From the NCBI GenBank assembly GCA_041652755.1, contig JBAZGS010000007.1, forward strand, positions 1,687 through 65,686: a stretch of DNA of 64,000 nt. The letters run 5' to 3'. The stretch comes from Candidatus Nanoarchaeia archaeon (GTDB taxonomy: Archaea; Nanobdellota; Nanobdellia; Tiddalikarchaeales; Tiddalikarchaeaceae). A program made the position numbers and the translations under genes. Position 1 is the stretch's first letter, and the number at the start of each line of letters is the position of its first letter. This document shows, piece by piece, positions 16,256-25,720 of the stretch. The notes under the pieces are model-generated. The model was not told the DNA's origin and searched no databases. It was given only the letters and a program-made list of their open reading frames with translations.

Positions 16256-16993
16256 TTAATAAAATAATAATCTTATTCCTAGAATTATTACAAATATTGA
16301 TAATATTTTTCTTAAAATATTTGCTTTAATTTTTTTTGCATAAATTGATCCTATTGTTGCACCTATTAAGGATCCAATAAATAACGGAAGTGCTAAATCA
16401 TACTTTATATTCCCCATATAATTATGAACAATGAATCCAAAAATATTGGTTAATAGCATTGCAAATTCGCTGCTTCCAACTGCTTTACTGAATGGAATGC
16501 CTAATAAACTCATAGTTGCGGTATCAGTTGTTCCTCCTCCCATGCCGCTTAATCCAGTGATTAGTCCTCCAAATAAGCTACTAATGCTTGCAATAACATA
16601 ATTTTTAAAGCCTAATTTTTTTTTATTTTTTACAAATTTTAAATTTTTATAAAAAAGCAATAAAATGCCTAGAGATATTATTATTATACTGCAAAAAATA
16701 AGTAACATTTTAGGGAACAATAATGATGTTAAAGCTGCTCCAATAATTACCCCAGGTATATCAAAAATGTCATATAATAAGCTTAGTTTAATATCTATTT
16801 TTTTTTGAAAAAAATAACTAATTGTTGAAGAAATGTTTACTCCTAACATTGCAAATATGCTAATGCCTACAGCACTAGCAGGTTCTATATCATATATTAA
16901 TACAAGTAAGGGTATAAAAAAAACTCCTCCGCCTAAACCTATCATTGAAACTAAAAATCCAATTAGTAATCCAAAAAAAATTAATATTATCAT
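16256..16993 (-). CDS. TSUP (TauE/SafE) family anion exporter membrane protein
   Basis: About 8 TM segments with duplicated GxGGG motifs (MIGLGGGVFFIPLL and LSGMGGG). Confidence 0.75.
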   Translation of the reverse strand: MIILIFFGLLIGFLVSMIGLGGGVFFIPLLVLIYDIEPASAVGISIFAMLGVNISSTISYFFQKKIDIKLSLLYDIFDIPGVIIGAALTSLLFPKMLLIFCSIIIISLGILLLFYKNLKFVKNKKKLGFKNYVIASISSLFGGLITGLSGMGGGTTDTATMSLLGIPFSKAVGSSEFAMLLTNIFGFIVHNYMGNIKYDLALPLFIGSLIGATIGSIYAKKIKANILRKILSIFVIILGIRLLFY

Positions 16994-17053
16994 TAATATG
17001 CATTTAATTTAAGATAATAAAAATGTAATTATTAAACAGTCAATAATGTTTTC

Positions 17054-17476
17054 TTATAAATCACAATACCCTGCTATTCTGGTAATGCCTTTTTTTTTAG
17101 GCTTAGATTTAACATCTTTATAGATTATTTTATTATCATTACCTAATGTTTGAATTTCTTTCACTTGTTCACTGATCTCTAAATTAAAAAGATTAGAGTA
17201 TTTTGAGGCAAGCTCTAAGTATTCGTTCATCCTGGAAATTATGCCCCTTTCTGCATCAATTCTTGCATACATTAAGCTGTTCTCAATGCCTTTTTCTCCA
17301 ATAATAGTAAGTTCTTTTCTGTCTTTGCCTTTGAAATACTCCAGGTTTTGCTCTAAAGAGTCATAAACGCTGAAAAAGTCGCCTCTTTCCGCATCACTTC
17401 TTATTTGTTTAAGAAGTTGGGGAGGAGTGTATGATTTCCAAGTGTTTTCTTGTAATATTGAATCAAGCATTACCAT
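17054..17476 (-). CDS. Hypothetical protein
   Basis: 140-aa ORF, helical. No motif recognised. Confidence 0.4.
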   Translation of the reverse strand: MVMLDSILQENTWKSYTPPQLLKQIRSDAERGDFFSVYDSLEQNLEYFKGKDRKELTIIGEKGIENSLMYARIDAERGIISRMNEYLELASKYSNLFNLEISEQVKEIQTLGNDNKIIYKDVKSKPKKKGITRIAGYCDL

Positions 17477-17616
17477 TATAAAATATTAAGGTTATATAAT
17501 TTTTTATCGTTAAACAACGATATTTTTAAATTAAATTATTTTTTAGTTTATATCTTTAAAAATGGTTTTTTTATAGAATAATAAGATTAATAAAGGTATT
17601 ATTTTTATTAAATTGT

Positions 17617-17826
17617 ATGATTGAAACAGTAATAATCAAAAATACTATCTCGGATGTTGAATTTTTTGTTGGAGAAAAAATACCTAATGAATTTGAGTCA
17701 GAAATGTTAAACTGTTTGGATTCTGTAGAAAAAAACTCTGAAAATATGAATCCTATTACAAGAATGGATTATATTTGTGATTCGTTGATTAATAAATATT
17801 TTAGTTTAAAATCTGAGTACAAATAA
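17617..17826 (+). CDS. Hypothetical small protein
   Basis: 69-aa ORF upstream of 17866. No motif recognised. Confidence 0.3.
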   Translation: MIETVIIKNTISDVEFFVGEKIPNEFESEMLNCLDSVEKNSENMNPITRMDYICDSLINKYFSLKSEYK

Positions 17827-17865
17827 ACAACAATTTTTTTATAGTAATAATAATTATATTAACTA

Positions 17866-18726
17866 ATGAAAATTATAGAGTCATATTTGCAAGGCAAGAA
17901 AAAAGACCAAAATTTATGCGAGGATTGCTTAATTATTTCTGGCAGGTTTTGCGGAGTTGTTGATGGAGGAACTGACAAGACGGGTATTGATTGGGGCAAG
18001 GGTCAAAGGGGAGGAAAAGTTTTGTCACTAATTGTAAAGAATGCTTTTGAATCAAATAATGATTTGCCTGTTGAAAAAATAAAAAAAGTAATAAATGAAA
18101 AATTCCAGGAGCTTGCCAAAAAGAATGGTATCAATATTAGTGACAGGATGAATTTGCCTGATGCTGCTGCAGCCATTTATGACAATAAAGAGAGAAAAAT
18201 TTATTACATAGGTGACTGCAAGGCAAGGTTTGTTTATATCACAGGAAAGCTAAGCGAGCAGTTCATACCTGATTTGAGAATAGATTTAATAAATTCTAGG
18301 TTAAGAAAAACAATAATTGATATGCTTTTTGAACTAGGGATTAACCCTTTTAGAAACGGCCGAGATTTGGGAAGGGAATTCATAACCCCTCTTTTGAAAA
18401 AACAGTCTTTGCTTGCAAACACTGACTCTGAAGGGGAATGGTTCATGGGCATACCTTATGAAGCAGCAAAGTTCAACATCATAAACGGGGTTGATGAAAT
18501 AATCTTTAATGAAATAAGGGTGCCAAAAAGAGTGAATGAGATTATAATAACCTCTGATGGTTTCGTTTCTGTTGAAAAGAGCCTTAAGTTAAGCATGAAA
18601 ATGCTGAATAAGTCTATAAAAGAGGATCCTTGTAGATGCAAAAAATATTTATCAACCAAAGGTATTGGCAAAGGGCAAGTTTTGCCTGATGACATCTCTT
18701 ATGTTAGAATCAGCATGAAAGATTAA
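17866..18726 (+). CDS. Hypothetical protein with PP2C-like phosphatase signatures
   Basis: CEDC..FCGVVDGGTDKTG, AAAAIY..IYYIGDCKARFV, IIITSDGF and DDISYVRI align with PP2C motifs (ED..vaDGmGG; aa.v..vGDsR; l.sDGl; DN.T.i.v). Confidence 0.4.
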   Translation: MKIIESYLQGKKKDQNLCEDCLIISGRFCGVVDGGTDKTGIDWGKGQRGGKVLSLIVKNAFESNNDLPVEKIKKVINEKFQELAKKNGINISDRMNLPDAAAAIYDNKERKIYYIGDCKARFVYITGKLSEQFIPDLRIDLINSRLRKTIIDMLFELGINPFRNGRDLGREFITPLLKKQSLLANTDSEGEWFMGIPYEAAKFNIINGVDEIIFNEIRVPKRVNEIIITSDGFVSVEKSLKLSMKMLNKSIKEDPCRCKKYLSTKGIGKGQVLPDDISYVRISMKD

Positions 18727-18798
18727 CTGAGCACCATTTTTTTTAAGAAAAATTAATCCTTAGGGGGTAAAGTTTTAAATAATATCATTATGTAATTT

Positions 18799-19044
18799 TT
18801 GCTTATGATTTTACAAATGGGTTTAGGATTAATAAGTATAGGTTGGATAGTGCAGATAATAAAGATGAAAAAGAATGAATTAAACAAGTATGCTTTATTA
18901 TGCTACATGATTGGAGCTGCATTGCTGGCGTATAGTGGTTTTAGTGACGGAATAATTGCTGACACAGATATATTAGAATCACTGACATTATTAACCTCAG
19001 GAATAGTTTTTTATAAGCTTTGGGCGCAAGGCAAGAAAAAATAA
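18799..19044 (+). CDS. Small hypothetical membrane protein
   Basis: 81-aa ORF with 3 predicted TM segments. TTG start in the track; internal ATG possible. Confidence 0.35.
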   Translation: MLMILQMGLGLISIGWIVQIIKMKKNELNKYALLCYMIGAALLAYSGFSDGIIADTDILESLTLLTSGIVFYKLWAQGKKK

Positions 19045-19124
19045 TAAAAAAAACCTTTTTTTGTTTTTTTTTAATTTTTGTTTAAATAAAAGAATTTTTA
19101 AAAAGAACTATTTAGGTTAATTGC

Positions 19125-19352
19125 ATGAATGACTTGGAAAAAAGGCTTGAAAATTTTAAGCAAAATGAGATTTGCTTGAATTTTGGACTTAGCAGAAGCA
19201 AAAGGCTTAAAGAAATGCAGGATTTTGGAAATGATGAAGGGTGCATAAAATACAAAGAAAGTGGCTGTTACAGCTGCAATGGACATAATGAAGAATGCAA
19301 AAATTATTATTCCAACAAGAGCTCATACAATCCAAAGAAGAAGTTAATTTGA
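19125..19352 (+). CDS. Small Cys-rich hypothetical protein
   Basis: 75-aa ORF with C..C..CxxC..C spacing. No family recognised. Confidence 0.3.
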   Translation: MNDLEKRLENFKQNEICLNFGLSRSKRLKEMQDFGNDEGCIKYKESGCYSCNGHNEECKNYYSNKSSYNPKKKLI

Positions 19353-19461
19353 AAAAATTAGTGAAGTCTAATGCTTGCTTTTTCCCGCAAATTTTATATT
19401 GTAAGAATTGATTCATTTATTGTAAAAGTAAATAGGGTAATACTTTCGTATTAAAAAAAAT

Positions 19462-20178
19462 ATGACTCAGCTGAATTTTAACATTTTTTTGAAAATATTA
19501 ATTGGAATGGGAATTGGTTTTATAATATTAATGCCTGCTTATCCTTTGATTTATGCAGTATTTTATTTGCATGAAATCCTTCCATTCGGCATATTCTTGC
19601 TGCTTTCACCAATACTTATTATCTTAAGTTATATTTTGTTTATTGTGTTTTTTGTTATTGAAACTAAGGTTATTTTGTTTTTCTTAAAAACAAAAAATGT
19701 TGAAGGCTCTTTTAAAACAAACGTATTAAACAGGACTCTTATTTATTATAGTGTTTCCAGTGCGTTTACAACAATGCTCTCTAAGCTTTTGAATAGATTA
19801 ATGATTAATTCTTCAATACTTGATGAGATATTATTCAAAACTTATGGTAACAATGTTGGCAAGAATTGTATGATTGGAACTTTTATATTAAATCCTTATT
19901 TGATAGACATGGGCAACAACTGTGTTATTGGAAAAAATAGCATATTATCAGCCCACTACATTGTTGGAAATAATATTAAGATTAGAAAGATTAAAATAGG
20001 CAACAATGTCACTATTGGCCTAAATTCAATAATCAGCCCAGGAGTAATAATTGAAGACAACGTGCTTGTTAAAATCAACAGTTTTGTAAAGCCAAATACT
20101 GTGTTGAAGAAGAATAGTGTTTATGCAGGAAATCCTGCAAAGTTTGTGAAAAAAATTAACTTTTCAAAAATTCAATGA
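19462..20178 (+). CDS. Membrane-anchored left-handed beta-helix (hexapeptide-repeat) acyltransferase
   Basis: About 3 N-terminal TM helices, then hexapeptide repeats (IGKNSIL, IGNNVTIGLNSIISPGVIIEDNVLV, AGNPAKFV). Confidence 0.75.
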   Translation: MTQLNFNIFLKILIGMGIGFIILMPAYPLIYAVFYLHEILPFGIFLLLSPILIILSYILFIVFFVIETKVILFFLKTKNVEGSFKTNVLNRTLIYYSVSSAFTTMLSKLLNRLMINSSILDEILFKTYGNNVGKNCMIGTFILNPYLIDMGNNCVIGKNSILSAHYIVGNNIKIRKIKIGNNVTIGLNSIISPGVIIEDNVLVKINSFVKPNTVLKKNSVYAGNPAKFVKKINFSKIQ

Positions 20179-20815
20179 TGTCTTTAAATGAGAAATATGA
20201 TTTTCTTAGGTTTTTGTTGTAAATGCATGAAATTGGAACTTCTTTTACGAAAAGATTTTTTTCATAAGCATCTTTTAATGTTTTTTTCTCTATGTTGAAA
20301 TGATTGCCTTCAAAATTTAGTTCATTAAGGGCTCTTTGATTATAGATTCTGAAACCACTTTGCGGGTCTGTGATATTAAGCCCGGTTTGTCTGCTAACAA
20401 TCATTGAGGCTAAATAATTTCCAAGTTTTCTTACAAAGGGCATTTTTGTTTTTACTCTTCTTCTTGCACCAATCACTATATCTGCATCAGAGTTTAATAG
20501 GTTAGGGATTTCTTCAGGCAAGTGCTGCAAATCCGCATCTATAGTTACTATGCTTTTTGCATTCTTTTTTTTCAAGTAATTTATTCCAATTTTAAGAGCG
20601 TTTGCTTTGCCTGAGTTTTCATTGATATGAATTAATTCTATATTTTTCAGTTTATTAAGTATGCTTTTGGTTTTGTCTGTGCTTCCGTCATTTACTATGA
20701 GTATATTGTTTATTATTTTTTTAGTTCTGAAAATCACTTCTTTTATTGATTTTTCTTCATTGTATGCAGGGATTAATACCCATAACTCCTCATTTTTTGT
20801 TTTTTTAGAAACCAT
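20156..20815 (-). CDS. Family 2 glycosyltransferase (dolichyl-phosphate hexosyltransferase-like)
   Basis: VLIPAYNEE.SI..V...VNDGSTDKT...DADLQH motifs. Confidence 0.8.
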   Translation of the reverse strand: MVSKKTKNEELWVLIPAYNEEKSIKEVIFRTKKIINNILIVNDGSTDKTKSILNKLKNIELIHINENSGKANALKIGINYLKKKNAKSIVTIDADLQHLPEEIPNLLNSDADIVIGARRRVKTKMPFVRKLGNYLASMIVSRQTGLNITDPQSGFRIYNQRALNELNFEGNHFNIEKKTLKDAYEKNLFVKEVPISCIYNKNLRKSYFSFKDIIEFLKS

Positions 20816-20924
20816 AATTAATCACTACTTTATGCACATTATAAACTTTTTGTTAAAAAAAAATTTGGTTAATTATTGTGAATAAATAAGTTTTTAAAAG
20901 CATTTTTTTTAGTTATTTTAGGTT

Positions 20925-21950
20925 ATGAAAATTAAAGAAACTTTTAGCAGAATCAAGTATGCTTTTAAAATAGCTTTTGATAAGGTTTTATATGAAAATT
21001 CTGTGAATTTTAATCAAATTTTAGAGCAAAAAGAAAAAAAGTTTGACAAATCTGTTGCTAAATATCAGGGTATTATAAAGGAAATAAAGAAAAATAATCA
21101 AAGCACTTTTGAGAAATTAAGGAAAAAAGCCTATAATGAAGGATATTTTGATGGCGAATTCAATTATTTTAATTACTTAAAGGAAGAATTTTCAAAAAAG
21201 ACTTCTGTTGATTCTGAAGACTTGGAGCATTTGCTTTTTGACATTGAGCTTAATAAAGAGTTTAAGAAACTTAAAAATAAGGATTATGAGACTGATTTCA
21301 CAAAGAGATGCTTTAAGGAGCTTGAAAAATTTGAAAATTATATTAACAGCTTAGTTTCTTATGTTAAAGATTTTGACAAGAAAACAATTGAAACAGTGAA
21401 AAAAGGGATTTGCAATGGCTTGGTTAATTATTTTTTGGTTGCGGCTAATCTTAAAAAATTTGATAACTATGCAATATTAGACAACAGTTATTTGTGCAAG
21501 TTCAGGGAAAAGTATTATAGAAAAATAATAACTGCTAAGTCTTTAAACAGAAATGCTGAAGGAATCATTGTTCCTACTATGGTATTAAACGAATATTATA
21601 ACTGGATAAATTCTGTGAATAAGAATGCACCTAGGGTGAAGAAGATGGTAAAAAATGATATTATTCAATTGCTTACTAATCCTAAGTTAATTCTTATCCC
21701 TCCATTCAAAACTTTAGAGTTCATAAAAGAGGAGGTTTTAGAAAAGTTTCAGGAAATTAATGAGGATGGAACAGTGCATTATCATAGGGCGGATTTGGAG
21801 ATTTATGAGTTTTACAGAAGATTTGGGGAGCAGTTTAGCAATATTTCATTGCTTTCATCGGATTTCGGGCTGAATAATGAGATAGAACAGCTTTCAAAGT
21901 CATTCAGAAAAGAGCATGAGTTGTCAATTTATTTTAATCTAGAGCATTAA
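20925..21950 (+). CDS. Hypothetical protein (coiled-coil N-terminal half; possible degenerate PIN-like C-terminal half)
   Basis: 341-aa ORF. The C-terminal IIVPTMVLNEY ... LLSSDFGL faintly resembles Fcf1-type PIN strands. Weak. Confidence 0.4.
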   Translation: MKIKETFSRIKYAFKIAFDKVLYENSVNFNQILEQKEKKFDKSVAKYQGIIKEIKKNNQSTFEKLRKKAYNEGYFDGEFNYFNYLKEEFSKKTSVDSEDLEHLLFDIELNKEFKKLKNKDYETDFTKRCFKELEKFENYINSLVSYVKDFDKKTIETVKKGICNGLVNYFLVAANLKKFDNYAILDNSYLCKFREKYYRKIITAKSLNRNAEGIIVPTMVLNEYYNWINSVNKNAPRVKKMVKNDIIQLLTNPKLILIPPFKTLEFIKEEVLEKFQEINEDGTVHYHRADLEIYEFYRRFGEQFSNISLLSSDFGLNNEIEQLSKSFRKEHELSIYFNLEH

Positions 21951-22256
21951 TCATGGTTTGTTGCACGCAGGCACTGCGCATATTTTTCCCCTTATTTCTT
22001 CTCCAATTATTGATGGGTGTATAACGCACTTTTTTTCTTCATTTAAGAAGATGCATGGTTTTGGGCTGTCTATTCCGTTCACTTCATAAAATTTTAATGT
22101 ATCATACAAGCTTTTGTATTTTAATTTGGAATTGATTCCTTTGCTTTTCAGGTAGTCTATTATATTTATGGAATTATATTTTATTAGCCCTTTTACCACT
22201 TCGCTTGTTTTGTAAAATCCTCTTTGGCAGCATATGCCGCAGTTATCGCAGACCAT
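21951..22256 (-). CDS. YkgJ-family (CxxCxxCC) zinc/iron-chelating cysteine-cluster protein
   Basis: N-terminal CDNCGICCQ plus a C-terminal Cys cluster. Confidence 0.6.
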   Translation of the reverse strand: MVCDNCGICCQRGFYKTSEVVKGLIKYNSINIIDYLKSKGINSKLKYKSLYDTLKFYEVNGIDSPKPCIFLNEEKKCVIHPSIIGEEIRGKICAVPACNKP

Positions 22257-22334
22257 TAATTATTAAAGAGTTTTTCATGTTTAAATAAGTATTTATGTAA
22301 AAATTTTTAATACATTAAATGATGATTATTTTTT

Positions 22335-22820
22335 ATGAAAAAGCTTTTAATTGCCATATTTTTAGTTATAATGTTAAGCGGATGCGTGAGCAAAATGGTT
22401 GTTGAAAATGGCGACAAAGTGTCTTTAGAGTATACTGGAACTTTAGAGGATGGAACAGTTTTTGATTCAAATATCGGAAAGGATGCTTTGAATTTCACTG
22501 CTGGAGCTGGCCAAATGATTGCAGGATTTGATGCTGCAGTTATAGGAATGAGTGTTGGGCAAGAAAAAACTTTCACTTTGCCTCCTGAACAAGCTTATGG
22601 TGCTAAACAAGAGGGTTTGGTTCAAAAGATTAACCAGTCAGAATTGAAAGCATCAATTGGAACAGAGCCTGTTATTGGAATGGTTTTAAGCGCAAGCAAT
22701 GGCATGAGCGGAACGATAACAAATATTTCTGAAGGCATTGTTTCTGTTGATTTCAACCATGAATTGGCTGGAAAATCATTGACTTTCACTATTAAAATCT
22801 TGGATATTCAGAAAAAATAA
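22335..22820 (+). CDS. FKBP-type peptidyl-prolyl cis-trans isomerase, putative lipoprotein
   Basis: GDKVSLEYTGTLEDGTVFDSN...F..G.GQMI.GFD.AV.GM..GQEKTF...PEQAYG. Signal peptide with lipobox LSGC. Confidence 0.85.
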   Translation: MKKLLIAIFLVIMLSGCVSKMVVENGDKVSLEYTGTLEDGTVFDSNIGKDALNFTAGAGQMIAGFDAAVIGMSVGQEKTFTLPPEQAYGAKQEGLVQKINQSELKASIGTEPVIGMVLSASNGMSGTITNISEGIVSVDFNHELAGKSLTFTIKILDIQKK

Positions 22821-22852
22821 TATTTTTATTTCCTTCAAGTTTTTATTATATT

Positions 22853-23302
22853 ATGAAAATTGACAAAGTTTTAGCTTCAAAATATCCTGCGCTTTTATTG
22901 GTTATAATTAATGCAATTGTTTACTGTTTTGACTGGGCAAAGTTTAATGATGCTTCCTTGATTTTTGGGTTAATTATTGCAATGTTTGGAATTTTTACTT
23001 ATGCTTATAATTGGTTTATGATGGGAAATGTTTGGACTATAACTGTTGAAAAAAAAAGTAAGATAATAACTAATGGATTTTTCAAATACATAAGGCATCC
23101 TTTGTACCTTGGGTGCGTGATTGCATGCTTAGGAGGAGTGATAGTTTCATTCAATATTTTCTTAATGTTGATGCTAATCTTTGTTGACATGCCTTTTGTT
23201 TATTTAAGGGCAAAGTATGAGGAGAAGTTACTGATAAAATCATTAAAAGGCTACAAAGAATATATGAACTCTACTTGGATGTTTATTCCTTACGTTTTTT
23301 AG
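22853..23302 (+). CDS. Isoprenylcysteine carboxyl / phospholipid methyltransferase family membrane protein
   Basis: 4 TM segments and GFFKYIRHPLYLG ... YLRAKYEEKLL. Confidence 0.6.
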   Translation: MKIDKVLASKYPALLLVIINAIVYCFDWAKFNDASLIFGLIIAMFGIFTYAYNWFMMGNVWTITVEKKSKIITNGFFKYIRHPLYLGCVIACLGGVIVSFNIFLMLMLIFVDMPFVYLRAKYEEKLLIKSLKGYKEYMNSTWMFIPYVF

Positions 23303-23338
23303 TTAATTTTTTAAATAGAATTATTTATTTAGAATTGG

Positions 23339-23854
23339 ATGAATAAATCGCTTGAATATATTAAAAAAGGATTGAAAAACTTTTCAGTTTATGTTTCTTT
23401 ATATTCTTTAGAAAAAGCAGCGAACAAGTATAGCATATTATCTTACACCATAAAATCCATGTCTACTTATTTAAAAGGCAAAGATTCTGCTGAAGAAATA
23501 AGCAAAGAAGTTCAGGAATTAGGTGAGAATTTAAGGAAAAAAGAGGCAATGTTGCGGCTGAAAGGAGTTATGACTAGCTCTAAAAAAAGGTTTCTTGAGG
23601 AGTTCATTAATGGAGAAGAAATAGTAAATAATGAATTATTAAACAAGTATTGCATTAAAATAATAAAATGCGTTGAAAATATTAACAAAAAAAATGCGTT
23701 TTTAAAAAATATTAATATTAATAATGGAAGGAATGAAGTTTATTTTAAGCAAATTAAGGAGAATATAAAAATTTCAAGCAATGGCTTGTTTGAAAAATTA
23801 AACGAGTTTTCAGAATTGGCTGATAAAAAAGATATTGTTCCAAAGTTGGATTAA
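23339..23854 (+). CDS. Hypothetical protein, tandem paralog A
   Basis: Shares NELLNKYCIKIIKCVENINKKN / SSNGLFEKLNEF..IVPKL blocks with the next ORF. Confidence 0.5.
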   Translation: MNKSLEYIKKGLKNFSVYVSLYSLEKAANKYSILSYTIKSMSTYLKGKDSAEEISKEVQELGENLRKKEAMLRLKGVMTSSKKRFLEEFINGEEIVNNELLNKYCIKIIKCVENINKKNAFLKNININNGRNEVYFKQIKENIKISSNGLFEKLNEFSELADKKDIVPKLD

Positions 23855-23895
23855 AATAGATAAGTTTTTAAGTACAATTTTTTTTCTTTTTACGC

Positions 23896-24429
23896 ATGAA
23901 AGGTGCTGAAATTTTTAAAAATGTTGATTTGTCAAAAGTTTTGAGCAACCCTCGTTCTGAGTATAATTTAGCTGGTTTGAAGGGTTTAGCAAATAAGTAT
24001 AAAGAGCTTTCAAATAAAATAAAGAAAATATCTAATTATTTGTATTTGAAGGAGAATCCTGAGGAGGATAAATCCAAGTTTAGCGGGTTAGAGAATGAAG
24101 TAATGATTCAGGAAGGAGAGTACGAATTATCAACTAATAATATGGAAAATGTGAAAAAGATTATTTCCCATGAGTATGAAGTAAGCTCTGATAATTTAAT
24201 CAGGTATTGCAAAATCTTAGGCTCTTGCGTTGAAGACATTAATGAAAAGAACAAAAAACTAGAAAAAACGATTAAGCATTCAAATTCTAGCAATAATATG
24301 GAATATAATAGGTTGGTTGAAATAATAACTAATTCTTCTAAGGGACTTTTTGAGGAAGTTAGCAAGGCTTCAGGCATAATTAAGAAAGAGCAATTGGTTC
24401 CTAATATTTTTGACGTCGTCAAAAAATAA
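23896..24429 (+). CDS. Hypothetical protein, tandem paralog B
   Basis: DNLIRYCKILGSCVEDINEKN / SSKGLFEEVSKA..LVPNI blocks match the preceding ORF. Confidence 0.5.
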   Translation: MKGAEIFKNVDLSKVLSNPRSEYNLAGLKGLANKYKELSNKIKKISNYLYLKENPEEDKSKFSGLENEVMIQEGEYELSTNNMENVKKIISHEYEVSSDNLIRYCKILGSCVEDINEKNKKLEKTIKHSNSSNNMEYNRLVEIITNSSKGLFEEVSKASGIIKKEQLVPNIFDVVKK

Positions 24430-24465
24430 GAAGTATTTAAAGTTTGCATTTTTTTAAATTAATTA

Positions 24466-25083
24466 ATGAAAATTGACAGAGTTATTAATATTTTAAAAAA
24501 TGAGGTTAAAAACTTTGATGTCCCTGTAGTTAACCTTATTGCTTTTCAGTCTAATAACCCTGACAAGGTCTTGATTAGCGCAATATTGTCAACTAGGACT
24601 AAGGATAAGGTTACTTTGGCTGCTAGCGAAAAATTGTTTTCTAAAATTAATAGTGTTAATGATTTGAAAAATTTGAGCCTTGCAAACATTGAGAGATTAA
24701 TTTATCCTGTTGGTTTTTACAAGACTAAGGCAAAGCATTTGAAAAAATTAGCAAGTATTAAAAGAATTCCTGAAACTTTTGAAGAATTAGTTGAGTTGCC
24801 TGGTGTTGGAAGAAAGGTTGCTAATTTGTTCTTGTCAGTGGTTCATAACAAGGATGAAATTTGCGTTGACACTCATGTTCATAGGATTAGCAACAGGTTA
24901 GGTTGGGTGAAGACTAAAACTCCTTTTATTACTGAAAAAGCTCTTAAAAAAATTTTGCATAAAAAGTATTGGAAGACCATTAATTCAATTCTTGTTGCTT
25001 ATGGCCAAAAGATTTGCAAACCTATTAATCCTAAATGCAGCATCTGCAAGGTTAGCAAGTATTGCAGATTAAACAATCCTTAA
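24466..25083 (+). CDS. nth: Endonuclease III (HhH-GPD DNA glycosylase/AP lyase with 4Fe-4S cluster)
   Basis: ILSTRTKD, HhH LPGVGRKVAN, DTHVHRISNRLG, C-terminal CX6CX2CX5C. Confidence 0.85.
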   Translation: MKIDRVINILKNEVKNFDVPVVNLIAFQSNNPDKVLISAILSTRTKDKVTLAASEKLFSKINSVNDLKNLSLANIERLIYPVGFYKTKAKHLKKLASIKRIPETFEELVELPGVGRKVANLFLSVVHNKDEICVDTHVHRISNRLGWVKTKTPFITEKALKKILHKKYWKTINSILVAYGQKICKPINPKCSICKVSKYCRLNNP

Positions 25084-25275
25084 AATTAATGATATTACTA
25101 CCAAAGTTAAAGTAATGTAAGCTAAGTAAACATGGTATTTCACGCCTATTTTTGTGTTGAAATATTTGTTTAGCGAAGGCACTGAAGCAGTTAATAAAAC
25201 AAGCAATAATGTTATTGTTTCAATCATTAAGCTAACAAGCCTTCTAAATCTTTTAAATTCTTTGTTTTGTCCCAC
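25069..25275 (-). CDS. Small hypothetical membrane protein
   Basis: 68-aa ORF with two hydrophobic helices. Overlaps both neighbours. Confidence 0.25.
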   Translation of the reverse strand: MGQNKEFKRFRRLVSLMIETITLLLVLLTASVPSLNKYFNTKIGVKYHVYLAYITLTLVVISLILRIV

Positions 25276-25652
25276 ATTTCAATTAATAATTTTGAAGGCA
25301 TATCTAAGTAATTAGTCAAAGGGGACCTTAAATAGTCTAGTATTTCGCTTATTTTTTTATAGTCTAAAGTGCATAATTTTTCAGCAAAACCAGTGATTGT
25401 GTAACCCATAATTCTGACTTCGTCCAATTTTTTCTTTTCAGAGCAATAAAAGCATTTCGGGAGATATTTAATGGAATCAACCACTTTTAACCCTAAGCTA
25501 TAAAGTTCAGTGTTTTTTTTGTAAATGCTTATATGATTATTGAATGATTCGCTTAATTTTTCAAAAAAATCTTTCAACACGTAATCTTGTAAATTTTCAA
25601 TAGTTCGTGTTAGCTTTAAAACATTGAAATTTTCCCTGAATTTAGCAATCAT
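25227..25652 (-). CDS. Hypothetical protein
   Basis: 141-aa ORF. No motif recognised. Confidence 0.4.
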   Translation of the reverse strand: MIAKFRENFNVLKLTRTIENLQDYVLKDFFEKLSESFNNHISIYKKNTELYSLGLKVVDSIKYLPKCFYCSEKKKLDEVRIMGYTITGFAEKLCTLDYKKISEILDYLRSPLTNYLDMPSKLLIEMWDKTKNLKDLEGLLA

Positions 25653-25720
25653 AGCTATAACATTTAAATTATTTTAAATAAAAATGTTTTGGTGAAGTTT
25701 TAAATCTTAAAAGGGTAAAC

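Noticed and set aside
20925-21950. PIN-domain nuclease assignment for the C-terminal half of ORF 20925
   Set aside because: Only two short strand-like matches (IIVPTMVLNEY, LLSSDFGL), and the first conserved Asp is not evident. This is insufficient without profile or structure support.
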